Below are positions 22,062 through 30,890 of a DNA stretch of 64,000 nt, piece by piece. The position numbers and the translations under genes are program-made. Numbering within the stretch: the first letter of the stretch is position 1; the number at the start of each line of letters is the position of its first letter. The stretch covers positions 480,001-544,000 of the forward strand of contig CBDAOB010000003.1 in NCBI GenBank assembly GCA_965197905.1, given 5' to 3'. The stretch is from Candidatus Latescibacterota bacterium. GTDB lineage: Bacteria; Latescibacterota; UBA2968; UBA8231. Below the pieces are notes generated by a model. That model made no database searches and had not been told where the DNA came from. It was given only the letters and a program-made list of their open reading frames with translations.

Positions 22062-23168
22062 ATGTCCAAGGTTGCAGGTTTGAAACATGGCATGTTCGTC
22101 ATGCCGATTCACGATCCCAGCAAACCGATGGCTCAGTGCTTCGACGAAGACCTGGAACTTGCGGTCCAATGCGAACAACTTGGATTCAGCGATTTCTGGG
22201 TTGGAGAACACCACTCATCGAGCTATGAGAACATCGTCATGCCCGAGATCTTTCTCGGCAAAGTCCTGGGCATCACCGATTCGATTCGCGTAGGTCCGGC
22301 GCCGGTCTGTTTGCAGTATCACAATCCGGTACACGTGGCCGGGCGTCTCGCATTCCTGGACCACCTCTCCCATGGCCGTTTGAATGTCTGTTTCGGTCCG
22401 GGAGCCGTGCCGACGGATATGGAGGTGTACGGTGTCGATCCCAAGGAAACCGGTGCCCGCATCGGCGAAGCGATCGACATGATCATGAAGATCTGGTCCA
22501 GCGATCCTCCCTACGACATCGACGGCAGGTTCTGGCAGGTGCACCTGAGCAAGACCGTGGATGCTGAAATGGGCATTGGCGGATTGCAGAAACCGTTGCA
22601 ACAGCCGCATCCGCCGATCTACGTGCCCAGCATCAGTCGCGCCTCGAAGGGACTAGAGGCGGCCGCCGCTAGTGGTTTTATGCCCATCAGCCATCACATG
22701 GTTCACACCGAGGTGCTCGCGGATCAGTGGAAGACCTATTCGAATGCAGCGGAATCCGCCGGCCGCGAAGCGGACCCCTCCACCTGGAGCGTCGCGCGCA
22801 ATATATACGTTGCCGATACCACGGAGGAAGCAAAGAAGAGGGCACGCGGCAACTCGCTCGGTGCTTGTATCCAATACATCCTAGACTTGACCGGACGCGC
22901 TTCCCCGATCGGGATCAGCATGTGGAAACCTTGGGAAGACATGACCGACGACGGCTGCAACCTGGACTATTTCATGGACGAGGTTGTGATCGCCGGCGAC
23001 CCGGAGACGGTCACCCGCGAGATCATCGAGTTGCGGGAGCAGATCGGCCCTTTTGGCACTCTGGTCCACGTCGCGCACGACTGGGACGATCGCGAAGGGT
23101 GGCTGCGAAGCCTCCAGTTGTTCGCGGACGAGGTTGCGCCGGCGGTGGACCGCGCCATCGCCGCTTGA
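22062..23168 (+). CDS. LLM-class flavin-dependent oxidoreductase
   Basis: FWVGEHH, HNPVHVAGRLAFLDHLSHGRL, KPLQQPHPPI. GAGG RBS. Confidence 0.92.
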   Translation: MSKVAGLKHGMFVMPIHDPSKPMAQCFDEDLELAVQCEQLGFSDFWVGEHHSSSYENIVMPEIFLGKVLGITDSIRVGPAPVCLQYHNPVHVAGRLAFLDHLSHGRLNVCFGPGAVPTDMEVYGVDPKETGARIGEAIDMIMKIWSSDPPYDIDGRFWQVHLSKTVDAEMGIGGLQKPLQQPHPPIYVPSISRASKGLEAAAASGFMPISHHMVHTEVLADQWKTYSNAAESAGREADPSTWSVARNIYVADTTEEAKKRARGNSLGACIQYILDLTGRASPIGISMWKPWEDMTDDGCNLDYFMDEVVIAGDPETVTREIIELREQIGPFGTLVHVAHDWDDREGWLRSLQLFADEVAPAVDRAIAA

Positions 23169-23296
23169 CGGAGGGTGGCTTCTAGGGATGACCAAATTGG
23201 GCCGCAGCTAACCTGGAAACCAACCTTTGGTGCGCTGGCAGATCCGCACCAGCATCACATCACCGGCACCTCGAGGGAAGACCCTATTCCTCTTTT

Positions 23297-24793
23297 TCAC
23301 CGGAACTGGAACGAAAAGACATCTGCGTCCTTCAATTCGAACTTCAGCCGTACTGGCTGGCCTGCCAGAGCGCTGACATCCGCGCCTCCCGCCCACGATA
23401 CGGTACGCTCCAACTGGTCGCCGTACTGGAGATGGCAATCCTCGAGGGAGAAGCCGGGGATTGCCTGTCCCCGCTCGTTCTGGATCTCGACTCGAACGCG
23501 GCCACCGGCCGAGCTGGAAAAGTTGATGTTCAGCTGCCGGCCGCTGAAGGTGAGCAGCCGGGTCACAACCGATCCGCCGGAAAGCGGTGCGTAGATCGAG
23601 CCAAAGCCGTCGAGCCTCAAGGTGTAACGACGCAGACTGCCAGGGCCGTCTCGATGCTCAGCCTCAGTGATGTAGAATGACAGCTCGGGCGGTGCACTCT
23701 CGTACCGCGACGCGGTTTCCACCAGCCCCCATGCGTTCCACGTATCGCCGTAATACCAACTCCCGGGACGTTGGATACCGGGGCGTACGAACGCGTGCGG
23801 CCACACGAAGAATCTCCGACCGTTGCGACTGGCCATGAACAGCACGTCGGTAACCACCGTGCCCTCCCGCGTTGGTCGTCCCCCCTTTACATCGAGATCG
23901 GCCAATTCCCGTCGACGCCCCCGATCCGGCAGCACGTCAGTGGAGGCGGTCCATCCGCGATCGACATAGCGATGCGGAAACCCCAGCAGCAGATGGGGCG
24001 CCCGATGGTAGGCGAGTACGCCATTGCAATAGACCTGATGGTGGTCCCCGGTAGGATCGTCGGTTTGATCCAGCTCCGGCGAACCGCTGCGGCTGGGGTC
24101 GTAGTCAATCCATTCCGGCTCACTCCAATCGATGAAATTCTCCGAGACCGAGGTACGCACATCACGTCCCTCGGGAATCTTCGGATCGTCCCGGCGGTGA
24201 GCCCGCCAGTAGGCGCGGTACACCCCGCTGAATTCATCCCAGAAAATTAGATTCTGCGAATCGAAGTTTCCCGGGAAAGCCAACGGCTTTTCTCCGAGCT
24301 TCTCCCAGTGAATCCCGTCGGGTGAGACAAGCGCCCACAACCCCTCGCTTTTCCACTTCACGCCCCCGACTGCCTTGTAGCGTTGATCGCCTTTGCAGTC
24401 TGGATGCTCGTCCAGAAATGGGGTCAGATTATGAGAGATCACGCCGCGATAGAGGATGTTGTTTGCCTTTGAGCCTTCGTACTCGATCAAGCACAGTTCC
24501 GGCTTGTGCCAATGGATTCCGTCGTCGCTTTCGGCATAACAGGTGACCTGACGCTCATCGGCGTCTTCGGTGCCACCCAGTGGCATCGCACGATAGTACA
24601 TGCGGTAGCGGTCGCCGTCCTGAAAGACCGTGGGATACCCCGGTGCGTGCCCTTCCCAGGAGGCATCGCAGTGCACCGCTGTCTCTTGCGGTTGCGGCTG
24701 ATGCAACGACAGCTGCGCATCTTCCAAGCGATCGATCAAGGTGGGATCGACGAACAGTTCGCGGCGATCTGCGATGGCCAAAATCTCACTCAT
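23297..24793 (-). CDS. Beta-propeller glycoside hydrolase-like protein (GH32/43-like) with C-terminal beta-sandwich
   Basis: RRELFVD, YRMYY, YAESDDGIHW.KP, SPDGIHW, FDSQN, LRLDGF, and a C-terminal VRVEIQ...IPGFSLEDC...PVRLKFEL..ADVFSFQF module. Confidence 0.72.
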   Translation of the reverse strand: MSEILAIADRRELFVDPTLIDRLEDAQLSLHQPQPQETAVHCDASWEGHAPGYPTVFQDGDRYRMYYRAMPLGGTEDADERQVTCYAESDDGIHWHKPELCLIEYEGSKANNILYRGVISHNLTPFLDEHPDCKGDQRYKAVGGVKWKSEGLWALVSPDGIHWEKLGEKPLAFPGNFDSQNLIFWDEFSGVYRAYWRAHRRDDPKIPEGRDVRTSVSENFIDWSEPEWIDYDPSRSGSPELDQTDDPTGDHHQVYCNGVLAYHRAPHLLLGFPHRYVDRGWTASTDVLPDRGRRRELADLDVKGGRPTREGTVVTDVLFMASRNGRRFFVWPHAFVRPGIQRPGSWYYGDTWNAWGLVETASRYESAPPELSFYITEAEHRDGPGSLRRYTLRLDGFGSIYAPLSGGSVVTRLLTFSGRQLNINFSSSAGGRVRVEIQNERGQAIPGFSLEDCHLQYGDQLERTVSWAGGADVSALAGQPVRLKFELKDADVFSFQFR

Positions 24794-24807
24794 AGGTTCT
24801 CCCCTCT

Positions 24808-26592
24808 TCATCCTATCCATATCGGTGAGGACCAGGCCGATTCCCGGTCCACTTGAACCACCCGGACATAATAGTAGGCCCCCGTCTCCCCCGGTGATTC
24901 CGGATCTTTCCACTGCAGCGAATAATCGCGTTCACCGTGGGCAAAATCGGTAACCACCGTTCGTCCGTTCTTGGCAATGCGGACATGATCGATACCGTTG
25001 GTGCCGCGGCATTCTATCTCCAGTTCCGGCTTGCGGTCCGCTTGAAAAGCCCTCAGTTCCGAGCCCATCTCTTCGCCGTCCAGGTTGAATCTCAGAGCAA
25101 TCGGTACACCGGTAGTGCCGTAACACCGTCGGTCTCGCAGAGCCGTGAATACGGCGTCTCGCGTGAGCTCCGTCGCCATCACCGCCGCCCGACCACTTCC
25201 GAGCAAGTGGAACACATATTGATGCCGGTCGATCCGCCCCTGCGCATTCCCCGGATGCCCGTCGTGCCCGTCCGACGAAGCGATCATGCCCAAACGCAAC
25301 CCTCGGTCGAGGGCCTCCCGCACGTACAGTGAGGGAAAGCGATCGGCCAGACCGCGGGGCACGTCGCCGTAATATTCGCTCGATCCCCATCCGGAATACA
25401 CCTCCACTAGACGGTCGTACTTCGGATTGTAGGTGTCCCAATTGAAGGGGTGCGTCGCCGCTGAGGTGTGATGGGGCACCGAGATGAACTCGGTACCGTT
25501 CGCCTCGAGTGCGCTCCAGAGTTCTTCCGGTGTATGGGTCTTTGCTGGATCGAGCGTCAAACGTCCCCATGGTTTGATACAGTTGAAAACGCTGCCCGAG
25601 GATTCGCGAAAGTGAATGTTACGGTGACCAAAGTTTAGATTGGTGAACTCGTAGCCGGGAATGCAGACGAAATCTCCGGGCTCCTCGTATTCGTCGGAAA
25701 GGGACAGATACTCTTCGATCCGTCCGGGATCCAGCTGCCATTCGTGCTCCGTCAACCCGTAGAAGTCAAGCGCTCCCGCGCCACGGGCGTACTCGAAGTT
25801 GCTTCGCCGCGTACCGCCGCCGCAACCCTCATCACCTTCCACCGCCAGCACCTGCGCCGAATGGGTGTGGATATCGCCAAGGTAGATATTGTGTCCCCCG
25901 ATGCGAGTGACGCCGCCGGAAGCAAGCAGCTCGACGGCACGGTAGAGATCGGTGTACATCAGGTCGGGACCCGTACCCAGCTGAAACCATCTCGTCGAGT
26001 CGTATTCACCTTTCGCCTCGACCCTGAGGATCGCTGGAGATCCGTTCGTCGTCCACGATCTCGGCACGGAAAGCAACGCCGGTCCGAAGGTAGCGACGCT
26101 TTCGTCTCTTATGATCGAGCTGATGGTCATGGAACAGTACGGTGGAGCCGCACAGATGCGGTTGGCCGAAAACGCCAACTGGCACTCGCCGGTCCGCCAG
26201 AGCTGGTCGTGGTTGACCACCCGGATCGACAGGGCGAAGCGGTCGTTGCAGTAGACATCCCAACGGCCCGTCGCCTGCGGCAACGGCGAACCGTTACCGA
26301 ATCCGATGGACAGGAGGAACGCCACCCGGTCGCACTGGCCGTCGATGACAGGGTCGGTCTTCCAGGTCACTCCCCGGTGGGCGTTGATCCCCAACTTCCA
26401 CTCCCCGAACCCGTAGTCTTCCATGAATCCGGAGGTGCGAACGCCGGCGCCTTCTAAATCTCCGGGATCGACCATCTCACCGAATCCGGCTACTAGGTCG
26501 CTATCGCTGCGCTTGGCGACGTAACTCCGAAGTTGCTCAGCAGTTACGCGGTGTCCCGGCCCCTGATGATAAGCATCGCGGTGTACGGTCAT
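24808..26592 (-). CDS. PHP-fold metallohydrolase (CehA/McbA/DUF3604-like) with extra N-terminal domain
   Basis: GDIHTHS, LDFYGLTEHE, GYEFT..GHRN, PHH, EVYSGWG, SSDGHDGHPG, RRCYGTTG, YYYVRVVQ...AWSSPIW. Confidence 0.8.
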   Translation of the reverse strand: MTVHRDAYHQGPGHRVTAEQLRSYVAKRSDSDLVAGFGEMVDPGDLEGAGVRTSGFMEDYGFGEWKLGINAHRGVTWKTDPVIDGQCDRVAFLLSIGFGNGSPLPQATGRWDVYCNDRFALSIRVVNHDQLWRTGECQLAFSANRICAAPPYCSMTISSIIRDESVATFGPALLSVPRSWTTNGSPAILRVEAKGEYDSTRWFQLGTGPDLMYTDLYRAVELLASGGVTRIGGHNIYLGDIHTHSAQVLAVEGDEGCGGGTRRSNFEYARGAGALDFYGLTEHEWQLDPGRIEEYLSLSDEYEEPGDFVCIPGYEFTNLNFGHRNIHFRESSGSVFNCIKPWGRLTLDPAKTHTPEELWSALEANGTEFISVPHHTSAATHPFNWDTYNPKYDRLVEVYSGWGSSEYYGDVPRGLADRFPSLYVREALDRGLRLGMIASSDGHDGHPGNAQGRIDRHQYVFHLLGSGRAAVMATELTRDAVFTALRDRRCYGTTGVPIALRFNLDGEEMGSELRAFQADRKPELEIECRGTNGIDHVRIAKNGRTVVTDFAHGERDYSLQWKDPESPGETGAYYYVRVVQVDRESAWSSPIWIG

Positions 26593-26724
26593 ATAGGTCT
26601 ATCGGGCTTGGCGTGGACATTATGTCCAGTGGCTAATATAGGCGGCTATTATCTAGGGTATAGCGACCCATTGAGATCGGAGTTCACCGAACCGCGATTG
26701 GCCAAGAAAACCTTTGCTTCCCTG

Positions 26725-26752
26725 TTGACACCCTTCGCATATGTGCTATATT
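26725..26752 (+). promoter_or_regulatory. Sigma-70 promoter of the ABC/GntR operon
   Basis: Perfect TTGACA (26725-26730) and TG-c-TATATT extended -10 (26744-26752). Confidence 0.7.
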
Positions 26753-26757
26753 ATCAG

Positions 26758-26777
26758 TGTACTCATTACGTAGTACA
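26758..26777. promoter_or_regulatory. Putative YtrA-family GntR operator
   Basis: Inverted repeat TGTACT-N8-AGTACA at the expected +1, in an operon that encodes a YtrA-type GntR. Confidence 0.65.
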
Positions 26778-26806
26778 GTAGGTCACTCAGATACAGGGAA
26801 GAGGAA

Positions 26807-27643
26807 ATGATCTGCATCGATCAACTCAATTTTGGCTACGGGGGGGCGCACCTATTCGACCGGCTGAGCTTGAACCTGAAGCCCGGAACCATCTATGGGC
26901 TACTTGGCAAGAATGGAGCCGGCAAGACCACCCTCCTCAAGATCATCGCCGGCCTGCTAACTCCAAGGGCAGGCACCGTTTCGGTCTTTGGCCAGGACGC
27001 ACGGAAGCGTCATTCTGACCTCCTGGCCGATCTCTTTCTCGTGCCAGAGGAGTTCTACACTCCGGCTCTGACCGTGCAACAATATCAAAAGGTTTGGGGC
27101 GGCTTTTATCCGCGTTTCGACAGACAGGCCTTCGACCGCCAACTCGATGAATTCCAGATCGACCAGAAGTCCAGCTTGCCCAGTATGAGCTACGGTCAAA
27201 AGAAGAAAGCGCTGCTGGCTTTCGCGATCGCGACAAACTGCCGGCTGGTGCTCCTGGATGAACCGACCAACGGTCTGGACATCCCGGCAAAACGGCAGTT
27301 CCGCCGTTTGGTCGCCGGCGCGGTCGACGAGCAGCGGACGTTTGTCGTGTCCACTCACCAGGTGCGTGACATGGAAGGTTTGATCGACCCGGTCGTGATC
27401 ATCGATGGAGGACGTATTGTGCTCGATGCGGGGCTCGACCAATTGGCAAGGTCGATACGCATAGACACCGGCGTCGACGTTCCCCCGCCGGATGCGATCT
27501 ATGTGGAAGAAGGTATTTCCGGACACACTGTAGTGCTGCCCAACAACAGCGAAGCGGAAGGACATGTCGATCTCGAAGTGTTGTTCAACGCGGCAACCAC
27601 CAATTCCGGGGGTCTGGCCGCACAGATCGGGGAGGTGAAATAA
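26807..27643 (+). CDS. ABC-2 type transporter ATP-binding protein (YtrB-like)
   Basis: Walker A GKNGAGKT, signature MSYGQKKK, Walker B LLDEPT, H-loop STH. Confidence 0.93.
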   Translation: MICIDQLNFGYGGAHLFDRLSLNLKPGTIYGLLGKNGAGKTTLLKIIAGLLTPRAGTVSVFGQDARKRHSDLLADLFLVPEEFYTPALTVQQYQKVWGGFYPRFDRQAFDRQLDEFQIDQKSSLPSMSYGQKKKALLAFAIATNCRLVLLDEPTNGLDIPAKRQFRRLVAGAVDEQRTFVVSTHQVRDMEGLIDPVVIIDGGRIVLDAGLDQLARSIRIDTGVDVPPPDAIYVEEGISGHTVVLPNNSEAEGHVDLEVLFNAATTNSGGLAAQIGEVK

Positions 27644-28446
27644 TGAGCATCGCGACTGTTTCCGACCGCCCTTTCTTCGAACGACACTTCTCGCCAGGCC
27701 GATGGATGAAGCTTCTCCGCGCCGATCTCGTCCAGTACAAGAGCAGCATGTCTATCGCCGCAATGGCGGTTTTTGGTGCCGCCCTGTTGATGCTGGTCGC
27801 ACTGGCACCGACAGCGGGACGTTGGCAGCCACATGAGATATTCATCCCTGCTATCCTTTACCTAGGGGGATTGGTTGTAATCAGCTACAGCTTCGTCGAG
27901 CTCGGCGATCCGGTGCGACGCTCGGCTTACCTGCTCGTGCCTGCTTCTGCCCTCGAAAAAGTAACGGCGCGACTGGCGCTGACCCTGGTGGCGTTTCCAG
28001 TAGCGGGACTGACGCTCTATTGGGCCACTTCGCTCGTTGGAGCCGGACTCGGCGGTTTGATTTGGGACGAATCATTTGGTGTCTACAACCCCTTCACCGA
28101 AGAGACCTGGCAACTGCTGGCTGTATACCCGATGGTGCATTCTGTGTTCTTTCTGGGGGCGGTCTGGTTTCGAAAAGCTACAGTCTCAAAAACCATCCTG
28201 GCCGTCGTCCTGGCACAGATTGGGCTCGCCATCGTCACCGCGCTCATCTTTCGCGTAGTCTTCTTCGACTTCTTCCACGGGTTGAGTTTTGAGCCCTCGA
28301 AGGAATTCCGGCTGAACGTCACCGATGCCGGTTGGCTGACGTCAGACCTTTCTGCCCAGATCGGCAAGGTCTTCACCCATCTCCTGTTTGGCCCGTGGTT
28401 GTGGGTAATCGCCTACCTCCGTCTTGCAGATACGGAGAGCCGCTGA
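27643..28446 (+). CDS. ABC-2 type permease / membrane protein
   Basis: About six TM helices and an LLVPASALEK motif. Start overlaps the ATPase stop. Confidence 0.8.
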   Translation: MSIATVSDRPFFERHFSPGRWMKLLRADLVQYKSSMSIAAMAVFGAALLMLVALAPTAGRWQPHEIFIPAILYLGGLVVISYSFVELGDPVRRSAYLLVPASALEKVTARLALTLVAFPVAGLTLYWATSLVGAGLGGLIWDESFGVYNPFTEETWQLLAVYPMVHSVFFLGAVWFRKATVSKTILAVVLAQIGLAIVTALIFRVVFFDFFHGLSFEPSKEFRLNVTDAGWLTSDLSAQIGKVFTHLLFGPWLWVIAYLRLADTESR

Positions 28447-28823
28447 TGCAGTTTCGAAACCAGGACGCGATCTATCTGCAGATCGCCAATTACATAATCG
28501 AGAATATCCTTCGGCAGAGATGGAAGCCGGGAGACCGGGTGCCCTCGATAAGGGAGCTGGCCATGGACGTTGAGGTCAATCCGAACACGGTGACCCGCAC
28601 CTACGCATGGTTGCAGGAGCGGGATGTTATCGACAACCGGCGCGGCCTCGGCTACTTCGTTGCCGATGACGGGCTCGCAAGGACCCGCCAGCTCAAAATG
28701 ACGGAATTCGTCGAGCGGGATATTCCCGCTTTGTCCACGACCATGGAGCTGCTGGGACTCGAGGTGGGGGATCTGGAGTCCCGGCTGTTGGCATACCGCG
28801 AAAAACAGGGAGCTGAGACATGA
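28446..28823 (+). CDS. GntR family regulator, YtrA subfamily
   Basis: IYLQIA, PSIRELA..EVNPNTV.RTY, RRGLGYFV and a short C-terminal domain. TGATG coupling. Confidence 0.92.
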   Translation: MQFRNQDAIYLQIANYIIENILRQRWKPGDRVPSIRELAMDVEVNPNTVTRTYAWLQERDVIDNRRGLGYFVADDGLARTRQLKMTEFVERDIPALSTTMELLGLEVGDLESRLLAYREKQGAET

Positions 28824-29515
28824 AAACGAGCAGCAAGGTTTTGTTGGGGACCGCCATTGCAGTGATCGGTCTCATCTTCGTTGGGTCCGTCGCAGCCCGG
28901 ATATCGGTGGGTTCGATCCTCGAAGAGGTGGCGGACATTGCGGAACCTGGACCGACTGTCGAGCGAAGTTTCTCCATCGAGGGTTTTACTGCCCTCGACG
29001 TCTCAGGCGTCTGGGAAGTGACCATCGCCAAAGGTGATTACGCTGTCTCGGTGCATGCGCCCGAGAACCTCTTCGAACACTTAGGGGTGGAGAGCAGGGG
29101 CGCCGTCCTGCATCTCGATCCCAGGCGCGTGGATTCGAACATCAAGCTTCGAGCCAGCGTCTCGATGCCAGCTCTCGAAGCTCTGGACATATCTGGCGTA
29201 ACGAAGGTGGAGTTGAGCGACATGGAGACCGAAAGATTCATTGTTGACCTGTCCGGTGCCAGCAAGATTGTGAGCAGGGGGGGAAGGATTGGAACCTTGG
29301 AACTCGACCTTTCGGGGGTCAGCAAGGTCAACTTTTCGGAAACCCCGACCACACACGCTTCGGTGGACCTGTCGGGAGCCTCGCACACCGAACTGTGGAT
29401 GCAGGGCGGCCGCCTCGAGGGAGATATCTCAGGGGCATCCTCTATCACATATCGTGGGCATGTCTCCTCCGAGACCGTCAACATATCTGGAGTATCGAAA
29501 GTGACTCAACGTTAG
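28820..29515 (+). CDS. Membrane-anchored DUF2807 (GIN/toast-rack-like beta-solenoid) protein
   Basis: N-terminal TM segment and seven repeats of (L/V/G)(D/N)(V/I/L)SG(V/A). ATGA overlap with the GntR gene. Confidence 0.8.
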   Translation: MKTSSKVLLGTAIAVIGLIFVGSVAARISVGSILEEVADIAEPGPTVERSFSIEGFTALDVSGVWEVTIAKGDYAVSVHAPENLFEHLGVESRGAVLHLDPRRVDSNIKLRASVSMPALEALDISGVTKVELSDMETERFIVDLSGASKIVSRGGRIGTLELDLSGVSKVNFSETPTTHASVDLSGASHTELWMQGGRLEGDISGASSITYRGHVSSETVNISGVSKVTQR

Positions 29516-29552
29516 CCGCTGGCAGCCCGTCCGCTGCGACAAGGTTTGTTTC

Positions 29553-30263
29553 TTATTGTGCAACTGCCTCAAACTGCGTCGCCAGCTTGGGACCCAAACC
29601 TTCCTCCTCATGTTTGAAGAATACGAAGGCGCGGTCCCAGGTTTCGGATTTGATCTTATCTGCGAATTTGCTCAACTCTGCCTCGTCGTACCCGCTGCCG
29701 CGCAAACGGAGGTACCCCCATGAAGCGGTTGCGGCAAATCTACGCTCTACATCTTCGGCGCTATCTTCGTCTTCGTGAGCGAAACAAAGCGCGATGTTCT
29801 TGGACTGCAGACAGTCCCTGACCTCGTCGTCGAACCAACTGTCGTGACGGAATTCCATGGCTGCCGGCATTCCGTCTGGGAGCTGATCGACGAAGGCCTG
29901 TAGACGTTCCATCTCCTTCTTGAGATATGGAGGTAACTGAAAAAGAACGGCCCCGAGACGATCTCCCAGGTTGGAGGCGATCTCGGCGAAGTATGCGGTC
30001 TCCTCCTCGACGTTCTTCAATCTCTTTTGGTGCGTAATCCTCCTCGTCGCTTTCATCGAAAACCGAAACTCCTCAGGGACTTGTTCAGCCCACGCTTTCA
30101 CCACATCCGGTTTCGGCACGTGGTAGAAGGAGTTGTTGATCTCGACGCTCTTGAAATGCTGACCGTAAAACTCCAGCATATCCTTGTCGGCAAACTTCTC
30201 CTGATAGAAGGGACCTTTCCACCCTTTGTAGTTATAGCCACTGGTGCCGATATAGAACTCCAT
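29553..30263 (-). CDS. DUF72 (YecE-like) domain protein
   Basis: IGTSGYNYKGWKGPFY, VEINNSFY, F.FSMKA..RITH, LFQLPP, EFRHDSWF, YLRLRG. Confidence 0.92.
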   Translation of the reverse strand: MEFYIGTSGYNYKGWKGPFYQEKFADKDMLEFYGQHFKSVEINNSFYHVPKPDVVKAWAEQVPEEFRFSMKATRRITHQKRLKNVEEETAYFAEIASNLGDRLGAVLFQLPPYLKKEMERLQAFVDQLPDGMPAAMEFRHDSWFDDEVRDCLQSKNIALCFAHEDEDSAEDVERRFAATASWGYLRLRGSGYDEAELSKFADKIKSETWDRAFVFFKHEEEGLGPKLATQFEAVAQ

Positions 30264-30354
30264 CCGTACCTCCGTGTGAAACGTAAATCTTTAATCTACC
30301 AAAAATCCGACGATGAAACACTTGTCGAGGGGCGCCTGTAGCATCGCAATATTC

Positions 30355-30363
30355 TGGTAAAAT
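30355..30363 (+). promoter_or_regulatory. Putative extended -10 promoter for the HhH-SNF2 genes
   Basis: TG-g-TAAAAT ending 27 nt upstream of the ATG at 30390. Confidence 0.4.
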
Positions 30364-30389
30364 CGGGAAAATCGTTGTAGTCTCCTCCC

Positions 30390-30890
30390 ATGCCCACCGA
30401 GGAAAACGCCTACATCGACGAGAAGGGACGAACTCGCTGGCGCCAGAACGATGCCCTCGCTGACAAGCTGGCCGAACTTCACGACTTCCTGGTCGTCGGC
30501 GGCTATCCTGAAACCCACGCGGCGCGTTACCGGCAGCTTGCCCGCTTCATTTCCCGACATCCGGAAAGGATCGACCTCATCCATTCCGAGGGACGACTTG
30601 CGGATATTTCCGGTATAGGGGCCAGCGTCGCCGTCATCATCGGCGAGTATATCGACACTGGCACCTCGACGAAATTCGAGCAGTTCGCGGCAACGACGCC
30701 GCCTTCAGTCCTGGAGCTTTTGCTGGTTCCCGGTATCGGCGTGAAGACGGCTCGGGCGCTTTACCGCGATCACGGACTCGACAGTTTGGCCAAGCTGCAG
30801 GCGGGCCTGGAGGAAGGCCGCCTGCAGGGAGTCAAGGGAATGGGGCCCAAGACACTCGAGGCCATCAAGAACACCACAGTGTCGCCATGA
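30390..30890 (+). CDS. Stand-alone helix-hairpin-helix protein matching the N-terminal 8-kDa + fingers region of family X DNA polymerase
   Basis: N..LA..L.EL, YR..AR.I, three HhH motifs (ISGIG, VPGIGVKTA, VKGMGPKT) and EYIDTG. No palm or PHP domain follows. Confidence 0.82.
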   Translation: MPTEENAYIDEKGRTRWRQNDALADKLAELHDFLVVGGYPETHAARYRQLARFISRHPERIDLIHSEGRLADISGIGASVAVIIGEYIDTGTSTKFEQFAATTPPSVLELLLVPGIGVKTARALYRDHGLDSLAKLQAGLEEGRLQGVKGMGPKTLEAIKNTTVSP

